Shown here: positions 50,376 through 59,995 of the stretch, in pieces
Layout: each line of letters starts with the position of its first letter
Position numbering within the stretch: position 1 is the first letter of the stretch
Assembly (NCBI GenBank): GCA_963666735.1
Contig: OY762926.1
Coordinates: 1,696,001 to 1,760,000 of the forward strand
Direction of reading: 5' to 3'
Source of the DNA: Gemmatimonadota bacterium
Lineage (GTDB): Bacteria > Gemmatimonadota > Gemmatimonadetes > Palauibacterales > Palauibacteraceae
DNA length: 64,000 bases
Position numbers and translations under genes: made by a program
The notes under the pieces: model-generated
What the model saw: only the letters and a program-made list of their open reading frames with translations
The model's database searches: none
What the model was told of the DNA's origin: nothing

Positions 50376-50717
50376 GTGCTGACCACTACCGATGTGCGCG
50401 AAGACGCGAGCGCCGCGACGACCGCGAAGGCGATGGAGTCGAGGTTCGACGCGATCGACCGCAAGCTCGTCGACATCGACCTTAATCTGGAACGGCGGTC
50501 CGCCGGCCTGCGCAATGACATGGCAACCGTTCGGATGCGCATCGTCGAACTGCGCGAGCAGGTGCAGGAACGGCTGTTCCAGCTCGACAGGCGGTTGTAC
50601 CGGCTGACCCGGGACGTCGCCGCGCTCCAGCCGGGCGCGCCCGGCGCGGGCGAACCCGAACCGGCGGGCGCACCCGGCGCGGATTATGGCGAACGGCGGG
50701 ATGCGGCGCCCGTTTGA
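50376..50717 (+). CDS. Small coiled-coil protein
   Basis: GTG after GGAG; MESRFDAIDRKL...RLFQLDRRL heptads, similar to the next gene. Confidence 0.55.
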   Translation: MLTTTDVREDASAATTAKAMESRFDAIDRKLVDIDLNLERRSAGLRNDMATVRMRIVELREQVQERLFQLDRRLYRLTRDVAALQPGAPGAGEPEPAGAPGADYGERRDAAPV

Positions 50718-50783
50718 TGACCCGTTGATGGCGCCGGGCATGGTTATGGCGTCACGCAATGCCAGATACGACGGGGAGGGACG

Positions 50784-51218
50784 TTGTTGATCCGCAGATT
50801 CACACGTAACGGTCGCGACGAGGCGCTGGTCGCCGCGGTCGTGCGAGCGCTCGAACCACGCTTCGAGGCCATCGACGTCCGCTTCGAGGCCATCGACCGC
50901 CGCTTCGAGGCCATCGACCGCCGCTTCGAGGCCATCGACATCCGCTTCGGCGCGATGGACGTGAAGTGGGAACGCCGGTTCGCCGATCTCCGCAACGAGA
51001 TATCCGGATTTCGGGAGCGCTCCGTCGGCATCCGCGAGCACGTCGTCCGCCTGCACGAGCACGTCGACGCGCGGCTGAACGGGTTCGACGCGCGCCTGAA
51101 GGGGCTCGATGCGCGCCTGACCCAGATGGGCGAGGAGATCGCCGAGCAGTTCAACGAACAGTTCGCCGCCCTCTCCGCGACCGTGGTGCATGGGTTCGGC
51201 GGGCCGAAACCTCCCTGA
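50784..51218 (+). CDS. Coiled-coil protein with 21-bp tandem repeats (RFEAIDx)4
   Basis: CGCTTCGAGGCCATCGAC repeated four times at ~50859-50940; GGAGG RBS. Confidence 0.65.
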   Translation: MLIRRFTRNGRDEALVAAVVRALEPRFEAIDVRFEAIDRRFEAIDRRFEAIDIRFGAMDVKWERRFADLRNEISGFRERSVGIREHVVRLHEHVDARLNGFDARLKGLDARLTQMGEEIAEQFNEQFAALSATVVHGFGGPKPP

Positions 51219-51251
51219 CGCCGGGCGGCCGGCCCCGAGCACGCCGTCCGC

Positions 51252-53636
51252 TCACCTCGGGATCACGCGCACGATGCGGCCATCCGGGTCGACGAAGATC
51301 ACCGGGCCTCTCCAGACATCGTCTCCGTATGGAATCTTCGGCGCGGCTTCGATGGCGCGAGCCATGTCCGCGCTGGGCAGTTCGTAGGGCTCGGCCCACG
51401 TCGCGTCGACTTCGTAGCCGAGATCCGCGAGCGACTCGATGGTGATCGCGCTCAGCGGATCGGCCACCCCGATGTCCTGGAACGGCGTCATGAGTTCCAG
51501 CGCCAGGACGCCTTCCCTCCAGTGGCTGTTCCGCGACCCCAAGCCGCCCATGTTCTCGACGGGCACCTTTGCGCCGCCGTAGCCCGTGCCGCCCGCCTCG
51601 TCGAACGCCGCGATGGCCAGCGGGCCGGTGAAGTGGGTGTCCGGAGTCGACGTTTCGGAGGCGGGGTTCCGGAGCAGGTCGAGACGACTCCAGATGAGGC
51701 CAATGCCGAGCACATGCCCCATTTCGTGAAGGATCACCTCCTCCAGGTCTCCGGTCTCGAGCTGGTCGAGGTCGGCGGCGTCCATTTCGATCCGGCCGTA
51801 GATGGGCAACCATGTCCCGGTTCGGATCCAGCAGGGCCCGGCTCGTCCGAGGATCCCGCGCGGACCGTCGATCTCGCCCACCGCGACCACGATCATCAGG
51901 TCGTCGATCGTCTCCACATAGCGCTCGAATCTCGGATCTTCGCCGCAACCCGCAGTCCGGTTGAACCGCGCGTCGGGGAGTTCCGTCGGCGCCAGGATCG
52001 CCATCCAGCGCGCCGCCGCGCGTTGGAACGCGGCCTCCTGGGCCCGCGTCACCGGCGTCGCGAACGCGAGTTCGATCTCGAATGAGCCCCCGGTTCGCAC
52101 GATGGTCACTTCAAAGGGCGAGGCGATGGTGGCCCCGGCCGAATCGCTCGCGGTCACCGTGACCGTCGCGACGCCGGCGGCGACCGCGCGGATCGTCAGC
52201 GTCGTCTCGGAGACCGTGACCGCCGCGACATCCGGACGAGACGAGGTCGCGGTGTAGGCGAGCGTGTCGCCGTCCGGATCCCGGAAGTACGGGGACGCGT
52301 CCACGAGCTCCGTCTCCCCCGCGGCGAGCGTCAGCGGCGGCAGCGTCCCCACGGCCTCCGGCTCGCGATTCGGCACCGTGACCTCGAAGCGCTGCTCCAC
52401 GGCCAGACTCTGTCCGTCGCGGGCCGTCACCGTGATCGTCGCCACACCCTTCGCGAGCGCCGTGACCGCCACCGAATCGCCCGAGACGCCCGCGACGGAG
52501 ACGGCCACGACCCCGGCATCCGACGAAGCCGCCGTGTAGGTGAGCGTGTCGCCGTCCGGGTCCCGGAAGTACGGGGACGCGTCCACGAGCTCCGTCTCCC
52601 CCGCGGCGAGCGTCAGCGGCGGCAGCGTCCCCACGGCCTCCGGCTCGCGGTTCGGCACCGTGACCTCGAAATGCTGCTCCGCCGCCAGACTCTGTCCGTC
52701 GCGGGCCGTCACCGTGATCGTCGCCACACCCTTCGCGAGCGCCGTGACCGCCACCGAATCGCCCGAGACGCCCGTGACGGAGACGGCCACGACCCCGGCA
52801 TCCGACGAAGCCGCCGTGTAGGTGAGCGTGTCGCCGTCCGGGTCCCGGAAGTACGGGGACGCGTCCACGAGCTCCGTCTCCCCCGCGGCGAGCGTCAGCG
52901 GCGGCAGCGTCCCCACGGCCTCCGGCTCGCGGTTCGGCACCGTGACCTCGAAGCGCTGCTCGGCCCCGGCGCCGTCCGGATCGCTCGCGGTCACCGTGAC
53001 CGTCGCGACGCCGGCGGCGACCGCACGGATCGTGAGCGTCGCCTCGGAGACCGTGACCGTCGCGACCGCGGAATCGGACGAGGCCACCGCGTAGGCGAGC
53101 GTGTCGCCGTCCGGGTCCCGGAAGTGGGCGGAAACATCCACCGTCGCCGCCTCCCCGACGAACAGCGTGTGGGCCGGGATCGCCTCCCCGGCCTCGGGCG
53201 CCCGGTTCGGCACCGTGACCTCGAAGCGCTGCTGGGCGAGTAGACCCTGCGGATCGCGCGCGGTCACCGTGATAGTGGCAACGCCCCTGGCGGCGGCGGT
53301 GACCGTGACGGAACTCCCGGACAGCGAAACGCCGACGATGTCCGCGTTGGATGACGCCGCCGTGTAGGAAAGGCGGTCGCCGTCGGGGTCGCGGAAGTGG
53401 GACGACACGTCCACCGCCGCCGCCTCCCCGACGGGCAGCGTCCGCGCGGGGATCGTCGCCACCGCCTCCGGCGCGCGGTTCGGCACGGCGACGGGACCCG
53501 CGACGTCCGGCTCCCCATCGCCGCAGGCGGCCGCCCACACGGCACCCCAGACGACGCCCGCCGCCGCCAGTACGCGTGCTCCCCGCGATCCCACTCTCAC
53601 GGGGGAGGACCGGCTCCCGGCCCGGAAGGGTTTCAT
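51252..53636 (-). CDS. Lipoprotein with five Ig-like repeats and a leishmanolysin-like (M8-type) Zn metalloprotease domain
   Basis: Lipobox AAAC, five NR.PEA...FRDPDGD units, HEMGHVLGIG, SHWRE, ELMT, LSAITI.SLADLGY. Confidence 0.85.
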   Translation of the reverse strand: MKPFRAGSRSSPVRVGSRGARVLAAAGVVWGAVWAAACGDGEPDVAGPVAVPNRAPEAVATIPARTLPVGEAAAVDVSSHFRDPDGDRLSYTAASSNADIVGVSLSGSSVTVTAAARGVATITVTARDPQGLLAQQRFEVTVPNRAPEAGEAIPAHTLFVGEAATVDVSAHFRDPDGDTLAYAVASSDSAVATVTVSEATLTIRAVAAGVATVTVTASDPDGAGAEQRFEVTVPNREPEAVGTLPPLTLAAGETELVDASPYFRDPDGDTLTYTAASSDAGVVAVSVTGVSGDSVAVTALAKGVATITVTARDGQSLAAEQHFEVTVPNREPEAVGTLPPLTLAAGETELVDASPYFRDPDGDTLTYTAASSDAGVVAVSVAGVSGDSVAVTALAKGVATITVTARDGQSLAVEQRFEVTVPNREPEAVGTLPPLTLAAGETELVDASPYFRDPDGDTLAYTATSSRPDVAAVTVSETTLTIRAVAAGVATVTVTASDSAGATIASPFEVTIVRTGGSFEIELAFATPVTRAQEAAFQRAAARWMAILAPTELPDARFNRTAGCGEDPRFERYVETIDDLMIVVAVGEIDGPRGILGRAGPCWIRTGTWLPIYGRIEMDAADLDQLETGDLEEVILHEMGHVLGIGLIWSRLDLLRNPASETSTPDTHFTGPLAIAAFDEAGGTGYGGAKVPVENMGGLGSRNSHWREGVLALELMTPFQDIGVADPLSAITIESLADLGYEVDATWAEPYELPSADMARAIEAAPKIPYGDDVWRGPVIFVDPDGRIVRVIPR
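52264..52960. repeat. 282-bp near-identical tandem repeat (~2.5 units) within the Ig region
   Basis: Unit starts recur at 52540 and 52822 with very few substitutions. Confidence 0.9.
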
Positions 53637-53799
53637 GGCCCGGCATCGTAGGCGCGGACAACGGGTCCGCGCCAGTTGGCGGTAGCCGGGCCAGCGGCGA
53701 CGGCGGGTCGGATCGGAAAAAGGATCTGTCCGAATTGCCGCTGTATGTGCCCAACGGTAGCTTTTCCGCCCTGCCGACCCCCGCGTCGCCGGAGACCTT

Positions 53800-54954
53800 A
53801 TGACCCACGAAACACCAAAGAACGGTCTCCATCTCCCGACCTTGACCATCGCCGCGTTCCGAGGTATCCGGGAGCTGTCGATCGGCCGGCTCGGCCGGGT
53901 CACGCTGCTTACGGGAAACAACGGCGTGGGGAAGACGACCGTCCTCGAGGCTGTCCGAGTCTTCGCGGCGCGCGGCCGCCAGTCGACGCTGTCGAGCCTG
54001 CTACGCGACCGGGACGAGTACGCCGCCGCGGCCGATGACGATGATGACAAGATCCGGGCGCTCGACTTCGCCGCGCTTTTTTTCGGACGGAGCCCGTCAC
54101 AAGAGCGCATCTCGATCGGTCCCGTCGCCATCGCTCGCCAACTCACGATCGAGGAAGTTGCCCTGACGGAAGAGCAACTCTCCCTGGTCGAAGGGCTTAT
54201 ACCGCTTCCTTCCGATGGCGCCATCCGGTCGCTGCTGTCTCGCTTCGAGGGCACGAAGCAGATTCTCCCGTTTTTTTCGATGGACGCGGGATCAAGTGCT
54301 GACGGACGGTACACAAGGGCTCAGGCTCATGCGGCCCGAGTCCTGGGACGCGCCATGGGAGCCGAAAAGAGTCCTCCCGAGATCCGGTGCCGGTCCTTGG
54401 GTCCAGGCGTGTTGGAAGACGACAAGATCGCGAAATGGTGGAACGACGTTGCGCTAACCCCCGACGAGGACAAGGTCGTCGATGCCTTGAGGCTGGTCGT
54501 GAACGGAGTGGAGCGCGCAGCTGTGGTCACGGAACACACCGGCCACCGACGACGACGCAATCGGGTGATCGTGAGGTTCAAGGGCGATCCCGCTCCCGTT
54601 CCGCTGAAGAGTCTGGGGGACGGAGCCGTACGACTGTTCGGCGTGGCGTTGGCCCTGGCAAACAGTCGGGACGGATTCCTGGTCATCGACGAAGCCGAGA
54701 ACGGCATCCATCACTCCATCCAAGAGCGTTTCTGGCGCATGGTTCTGCAGACTGCGGAGGCGAACAACGTGCAGGTCCTGGCGACGACGCACAGTCGTGA
54801 TTGCGTGGAGGGATTCGCTCGGGCGGCAACCGAATGTGGGGACATCGAGGGCGCCCTTGCCCGCATCAACCGACGGAACGGGGAGATGTGGGCGGTCGAG
54901 TACTCCGAGGACGACATGCGTGTCGCCGCGGAGCAGGGTATCGAGGTTCGGTGA
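53800..54954 (+). CDS. AAA_21/ABC-type ATPase
   Basis: FRGI, LTGNNGVGKTT, SLGDG, VIDEAENGIH, ATTHS. Confidence 0.88.
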   Translation: MTHETPKNGLHLPTLTIAAFRGIRELSIGRLGRVTLLTGNNGVGKTTVLEAVRVFAARGRQSTLSSLLRDRDEYAAAADDDDDKIRALDFAALFFGRSPSQERISIGPVAIARQLTIEEVALTEEQLSLVEGLIPLPSDGAIRSLLSRFEGTKQILPFFSMDAGSSADGRYTRAQAHAARVLGRAMGAEKSPPEIRCRSLGPGVLEDDKIAKWWNDVALTPDEDKVVDALRLVVNGVERAAVVTEHTGHRRRRNRVIVRFKGDPAPVPLKSLGDGAVRLFGVALALANSRDGFLVIDEAENGIHHSIQERFWRMVLQTAEANNVQVLATTHSRDCVEGFARAATECGDIEGALARINRRNGEMWAVEYSEDDMRVAAEQGIEVR

Positions 54955-55168
54955 GCGCCGATCCTCAATCTCCACGAGCCCTGTTGGTTGAAGGACCGGA
55001 CGACCTTCACGTGGTCTTCAGCTGTATCTTCGAACCCACGAGGACACGGACTTTATCATCAGCGACAAGCGTGGCATTAACCCCCTGCTCGATTCCATTC
55101 CAGGCGAAGTCAAGGTCGCCGGGCGGAGAGCCTTGGGCATCGCGAATCAGACTGACCTTCCGCCCTGA
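54951..55168 (+). pseudogene. DUF3226/TOPRIM-like partner gene, frameshifted and truncated
   Basis: LLVEGPDDLHVV then frameshift into DFIISDKRGINPLLDSIPGEVKVAGRRALGI; GTGA overlap with ATPase stop. Confidence 0.65.
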
Positions 55169-55205
55169 CACAGATACCGCGCTCGCCCCCTGAGCGTGCG
55201 GCCGT

Positions 55206-56633
55206 TCAGGAGCGCCGCGGACTCCGCCCGGCGAGGAGGCCGGCCGCCACGGTGACCGCGGTGCCGATAAGGACGAACCAGGGCCAGGCGACCGCGTCCC
55301 GCGCCACGATCCACAGCGCGGTGACGGATCCGATCCCGAGCACGATCCCGAGGCGGGCCGAGCGGCTCGTGGCCCGGCGCGAGAAGCGGGCGAGCGCGAA
55401 AGCCCCCAGCAGTCCTCCGTAGACGAGCGACGCGATCCCGAGCGACACCTCCACGGCGGTGCTCCCCTCGCTGAGGGGGATGAACCCGATCGCCGCCGCC
55501 ACGAGCAGCACCGTCCACACCGCCGCCCCGATCCTCCCCACGCGCAGAATCCGCCGCTCGTCCGCCTCCGGACGGGCCGCCGCCCAGAAGTCGTAGGCCG
55601 TCGTGGATGAGAGCGCGTTGATCGAACTGGAGAGAGTAGACATGGCGGCCGCGAACACGCCCGCGATGAGGAGGCCGCGGACGCCGGCCGGGAGCACATC
55701 GACGATGAATCCCGCGAAGATCTCGTCGGCGCGCACGAAGGCGGCTCCGTCGTACCACGCCCAGAGGCCCAGACCAACGAAGAGGAAAAGGGTGAACTGG
55801 AAGAGGACGGCGAAGCCGCTGCCGACGAGGGCGCGGCGGCTCGCGGCGAGGTCGCGGCAGGCGAGGAGGCGCTGGACGATGAGCTGGTCCGCGCCGTGCG
55901 AACCCATGGAGAGGAAGGCGCCGCCGAGCAGGCCGGCCCACAGCGTGTAGGGTCGGCCGAAGTCGAGCGCGGGGTCGATGACGGTGAGTTTCCCGGCCTC
56001 CCCGGCGCGGGCGAGGATCTCGGGCCAGCCGCCCGGCACGGCCCCGGCGAGGACGACGAGCGCGATGAGGCCCCCGGCCAGGTAGAGCGCCATCTGCGAC
56101 GCGTCCACCCAGACGACCGCGCGGATGCCGCCGATGAAGGTGTAGATGAAGGTGACCGCCCCGATCACGAGCACGGAGGTGATGAGCGGCCACCCCGTCA
56201 CGAGCGTGAGCGGAATCGCCGTCGCGAAGAGCCGCACGGAATCCGCGAGAAGTCGCGTGACCATGAAGATGCCGGAGGTCAGCCGCCGGGTCTCCGTCCC
56301 GAAACGGGCTTCCAGCAACTCGTAGGCGGTCCGCAGCCGTCCCTCGCGATACGCCGGCAGCAGCCAGGCGGCGACTGCGATCCGCCCGAGCACGTAGCCC
56401 GCCGCGATCTGCACGAAGGCGAGCGACCCGCCGTACGCGATGCCGGGGATCGAGAGAAAGGTGAGCGTGCTGGTCTCGGTCGCCACGACGGAAAGGAGAA
56501 CGACGACCCACGGCAGGTCGCGCCGTCCCAGGAAGTACTCCTCTCCCCCGCGCGCGCCCCTCCCGAGCCATGCCCCCCAGGCCGTGACCCCGCCTAGATA
56601 AACGACGAGGATCGCGAGATCGAGAGAGTTCAA
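55206..56633 (-). CDS. Sodium:solute symporter family transporter
   Basis: YFLGRR.LPW, SVVATETS, GGIRAVVWVD, DQLIVQR, AAMSTLSSSINAL. Confidence 0.92.
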   Translation of the reverse strand: MNSLDLAILVVYLGGVTAWGAWLGRGARGGEEYFLGRRDLPWVVVLLSVVATETSTLTFLSIPGIAYGGSLAFVQIAAGYVLGRIAVAAWLLPAYREGRLRTAYELLEARFGTETRRLTSGIFMVTRLLADSVRLFATAIPLTLVTGWPLITSVLVIGAVTFIYTFIGGIRAVVWVDASQMALYLAGGLIALVVLAGAVPGGWPEILARAGEAGKLTVIDPALDFGRPYTLWAGLLGGAFLSMGSHGADQLIVQRLLACRDLAASRRALVGSGFAVLFQFTLFLFVGLGLWAWYDGAAFVRADEIFAGFIVDVLPAGVRGLLIAGVFAAAMSTLSSSINALSSTTAYDFWAAARPEADERRILRVGRIGAAVWTVLLVAAAIGFIPLSEGSTAVEVSLGIASLVYGGLLGAFALARFSRRATSRSARLGIVLGIGSVTALWIVARDAVAWPWFVLIGTAVTVAAGLLAGRSPRRS

Positions 56634-59600
56634 CGGTCGCGCGCCGGGGGCGCCGGTCCGCCCGCGCCGCGGGGTCCCTCGGTCCGGTCGCGGGGTCGCA
56701 CCGTCCGGTCGCGGATCGAGGTGGCGACGGCGTCGTGCACCGCGCGCCGCAACTCGATGTGCTTGCGGTTGTCCCGCGTCGGGTTCACGCGGTTGGTGAG
56801 CAGGACGACGAAGAGATCCAGTTCCGGATCCATCCACATGCTCGTGCCCGTGAAGCCGGTGTGCCCGAACGCCCCTTCACCGAAATAGTCCCCCGCCGAC
56901 GAGCGTCCGGAGGGGGTGTCCCAGCCCAGCGCCCGACTCGAGGCGGGAGCGGCCCGCGCCGTGAACCGCGCGACGGTCTCCGGCGACGGCGAGTCGAGAC
57001 GGGCGGAGAGCGAACGGGTATATGCCCCTGGCGGAGGGCGCGCGGCGACGGCGAGATCCCGCCCTTCGCGCGCGGCGGCGAGGATCCAGGCGGCGAACTT
57101 CGCGAGGTCCCGGGCCGACGAGAAGAGTCCCGCGTGTCCCGCCACGCCCCCCAGCGCGTGGGCGTTCTCGTCGTGTACCTCCCCGTGCACGTGCCGGTGC
57201 CGGTAGACGGTGTCCACTTCGGTCGGAGCCGTCCGGCGGTACAGCGACCGGGGCGGATCGAACCAGGTCTCCGTCATCCCCAGCGGACGAAAGACGGATT
57301 CATGGAGGTAGTAGTCGAGAGCCTGTCCCGCGATCTCCTCTATCAGGAAACCCAGCGTCATGAACCCTATGTCGGAATAGACCGTCCGTTCCCCGTCATC
57401 CCCCGGCTCATAATCGGGTTCGAGGGCGGCGATCGCCTCGCGGTATTCCTCTTCTCCCCGGAGGGTGCGCCAGAAGGGACGGAAGGGCGGCAGACCCCCC
57501 TGGTGCGTCAACAGGTGGCGGACGGTGACGTCGCGCTTCCACCCCCGCGACCACTCCGGCAGGTGCTCGCCGATGCGGGTGTCGAGGGAGAGTTCGCCGC
57601 GGTCGATGAGTTGCATCACCCCCGTCGTCGTCGCGACGACCTTCGTGAGCGACGCGAGATCGTAGAGACTGGAATCCGCCGCGGCGGTCCCGGGCGCCGA
57701 CGGAGCCCCGGCCGTCCAATCCAGGTTTCCGTAGCCGCGCAGCCGGACCACCCGGTCTCCCCGCCCCGCGGCGAGCACCGCGCCGGGCGTCGCGCCGTCC
57801 CGGATCGCCGCGTCGATGATCCGGTCCACGCGGGCGAGCGAATCTCCGTCCATCCCCACGTTGACCGGCCACTCCTCCCACGCCCGCCGCATGCGCCCGT
57901 CCGCGACCGGAGGACCGGGTTCGCCGCTGTGCGCCGGCGCCGGCACCGGCTCCGCTTCCGGGTTTCCGCCGCTGATCAGGCCATCGCCGAGCGCATGACG
58001 AGGCGGGAGCGAGATCGGCAGGCGGCCGGAGACCGGCGCGCCGAGAAGGGCGAGCGCGGCGGCTTCCTGCGAGGCGTCCGCCCCGCCCCACGCGATGAGG
58101 TACGTCTTGGCCTCCGGCACCGACGTGAGGAGGTAGGGACTCCCGAACGAGACGAGCACGGAGGTTCGGCCGGCGGCGTCGAGGCGGTCGAAGAAGCTCC
58201 GCACCTCTTCGGGGAGGTCGGTGGAATCCCGGGCGGCGCCGGGCCGGACGTAGGCGGAGAAAACGACGGCGTCGACGGAGCGGGCGCGCCGGAGAAGCGA
58301 ATCGTAGACGCCGGGGTGGGTGTCGAACCCGATCCGCGCCCGGCGGACGCGCACGGCTCGGCCGAGTTCGCGGTTGAAGACCCGTCCGGCGGCGAGGTCG
58401 TTCCTCCCGGCGAAGGTCACGGACAGCACGGAGCGCACGGAGCGCGACTCGACACGGTCGAGGGGCACGGCGCCGGCCTCGTTGCGCACGAGCGTGATGG
58501 AGCGCGCGGCAACCCCGCGGGCAAAGGACTCGTGCCACCGGGTGCCGACGAAACGGGGGATGGCGCCGGGGTCGACCTCCGCGCCTTCGTGCAGGCGGGC
58601 CCGCGCCTTCAACTCGAGCACGCGCCGGGCGGAGGCGTCGATGCGCTCGGCGGTGAGCCGGCCGGAGCGGACGGCGCCGACGACGGCCGCGATGGCCCTG
58701 AGCGGCTCGCGCGGCATGAGCAGGACGTCGCTCCCCGCTTCCAGCGAGCGGATCGCGGCTTCGCTGGCCCCGTAACCGTCGGCGATGGCGGCCATGTCGA
58801 GCGCGTCGGTGAAGAGGACGCCGTCGAAGCCCAGATCGTCGCGCAGCATGTCCGTCATGAAGTAGGGGGAGAGCGTCGCGGGCGGGGCCCCGGCGCCGAG
58901 GATGCCGGGGGCCGCGACGTGGGCCGTCATCACCGCATCGACGCCCTCCGCGATCGCCCGGCGGAAGGGGACGAGTTCGAGGCTGTCGAGGCGGGCGCGG
59001 TCGCCGGGAATGATAGGGAGAGCGACGTGCGAGTCGGTGCCGGTGTCTCCATGGCCCGGGAAGTGCTTGGCGGTGGCGAGCAGGCCGGCGTCGTGCGCGC
59101 CCCGGATGAACGCCGCGCCCAGCGCCGCCACGCGCTCCGGATCCTCCCCGAAGGAGCGCGTGTTGATGATGGGGTTGGCGGGGTTGTTGTTGACGTCGAG
59201 CACGGGGGAAAAGGTGATGTGTACGCCGAGGGCCCGCGCCTCGACGCCGGTGACCCGGCCCGCGGAGTAGGCGTAGTCCTCATCGTCCGCCGCGCCGAGC
59301 GCCATCGCGGGAGGGAGGACGGTCGCGCCGGGCATCTCGAGCATGTTCGGCAGCGCGAACACGCCGCTCACGCGGAACCCCGCCCCGGACTCGAAGTCCG
59401 CGCCGACGAGCAGGGGAACGTCGGCGGAGGCCTGCAACCGGTTCAGTCGCGCGGCGTAGCCGAGGGGGGTCCCGAGCGAGATCACGATCCCGCCGATCGC
59501 GTCGTCGCGCACGAGGGACTCGACGCGCGTGAACTCCTCGTCGTCGCGCGGAGCGTACCCGCCGCTCATCCACACCATCACGAGCTGCGCGACCCGCTCC

Positions 59601-59995
59601 CGCAGGCTGAGACCGGCGAGCGTCTCCTCGACCCAGGCCCGTGCCCCGGCCGAAAGAGCGGGCTCGACCGGACGGCCGCCAAGGAAGGCCCCGGCGTCCG
59701 AGGCGACAGGATCGGAGCCAAGCGCGCCGGAGTCGGAAGCAGCGCCGGGGTCCGCGGTGGCGCCGGCGCTGGGGTCGGCACCGGCACCGGCGGGACCGGA
59801 GGCGGCAGGGGACGCGGCGGGACCGGTCGCGGCGGGACCGGAGGCGGCGGGATTGGCGGAGGAGAGGCAGGCGAACGCGCTGGCGGTCAGCAGCGTGGCC
59901 AGCCCGAGAGTGGCGGCCGACCGTCCCCGCGCAACCGGCCGCCCCCGCCCGCTCCGCTTTCGGGAGCCGCTCAACCGCTCTAATCTCCGCACCAT
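56630..59995 (-). CDS. GH3 beta-N-acetylglucosaminidase fused to a beta-lactamase-family serine hydrolase (NagZ-AmiE-like); start uncertain
   Basis: RSFGED, KHFPGHGDTGTDSH, FTDALDM; SLTK (SxxK), YSD, GHTGFTG. Confidence 0.9.
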   Translation of the reverse strand: MVRRLERLSGSRKRSGRGRPVARGRSAATLGLATLLTASAFACLSSANPAASGPAATGPAASPAASGPAGAGADPSAGATADPGAASDSGALGSDPVASDAGAFLGGRPVEPALSAGARAWVEETLAGLSLRERVAQLVMVWMSGGYAPRDDEEFTRVESLVRDDAIGGIVISLGTPLGYAARLNRLQASADVPLLVGADFESGAGFRVSGVFALPNMLEMPGATVLPPAMALGAADDEDYAYSAGRVTGVEARALGVHITFSPVLDVNNNPANPIINTRSFGEDPERVAALGAAFIRGAHDAGLLATAKHFPGHGDTGTDSHVALPIIPGDRARLDSLELVPFRRAIAEGVDAVMTAHVAAPGILGAGAPPATLSPYFMTDMLRDDLGFDGVLFTDALDMAAIADGYGASEAAIRSLEAGSDVLLMPREPLRAIAAVVGAVRSGRLTAERIDASARRVLELKARARLHEGAEVDPGAIPRFVGTRWHESFARGVAARSITLVRNEAGAVPLDRVESRSVRSVLSVTFAGRNDLAAGRVFNRELGRAVRVRRARIGFDTHPGVYDSLLRRARSVDAVVFSAYVRPGAARDSTDLPEEVRSFFDRLDAAGRTSVLVSFGSPYLLTSVPEAKTYLIAWGGADASQEAAALALLGAPVSGRLPISLPPRHALGDGLISGGNPEAEPVPAPAHSGEPGPPVADGRMRRAWEEWPVNVGMDGDSLARVDRIIDAAIRDGATPGAVLAAGRGDRVVRLRGYGNLDWTAGAPSAPGTAAADSSLYDLASLTKVVATTTGVMQLIDRGELSLDTRIGEHLPEWSRGWKRDVTVRHLLTHQGGLPPFRPFWRTLRGEEEYREAIAALEPDYEPGDDGERTVYSDIGFMTLGFLIEEIAGQALDYYLHESVFRPLGMTETWFDPPRSLYRRTAPTEVDTVYRHRHVHGEVHDENAHALGGVAGHAGLFSSARDLAKFAAWILAAAREGRDLAVAARPPPGAYTRSLSARLDSPSPETVARFTARAAPASSRALGWDTPSGRSSAGDYFGEGAFGHTGFTGTSMWMDPELDLFVVLLTNRVNPTRDNRKHIELRRAVHDAVATSIRDRTVRPRDRTEGPRGAGGPAPPARDR

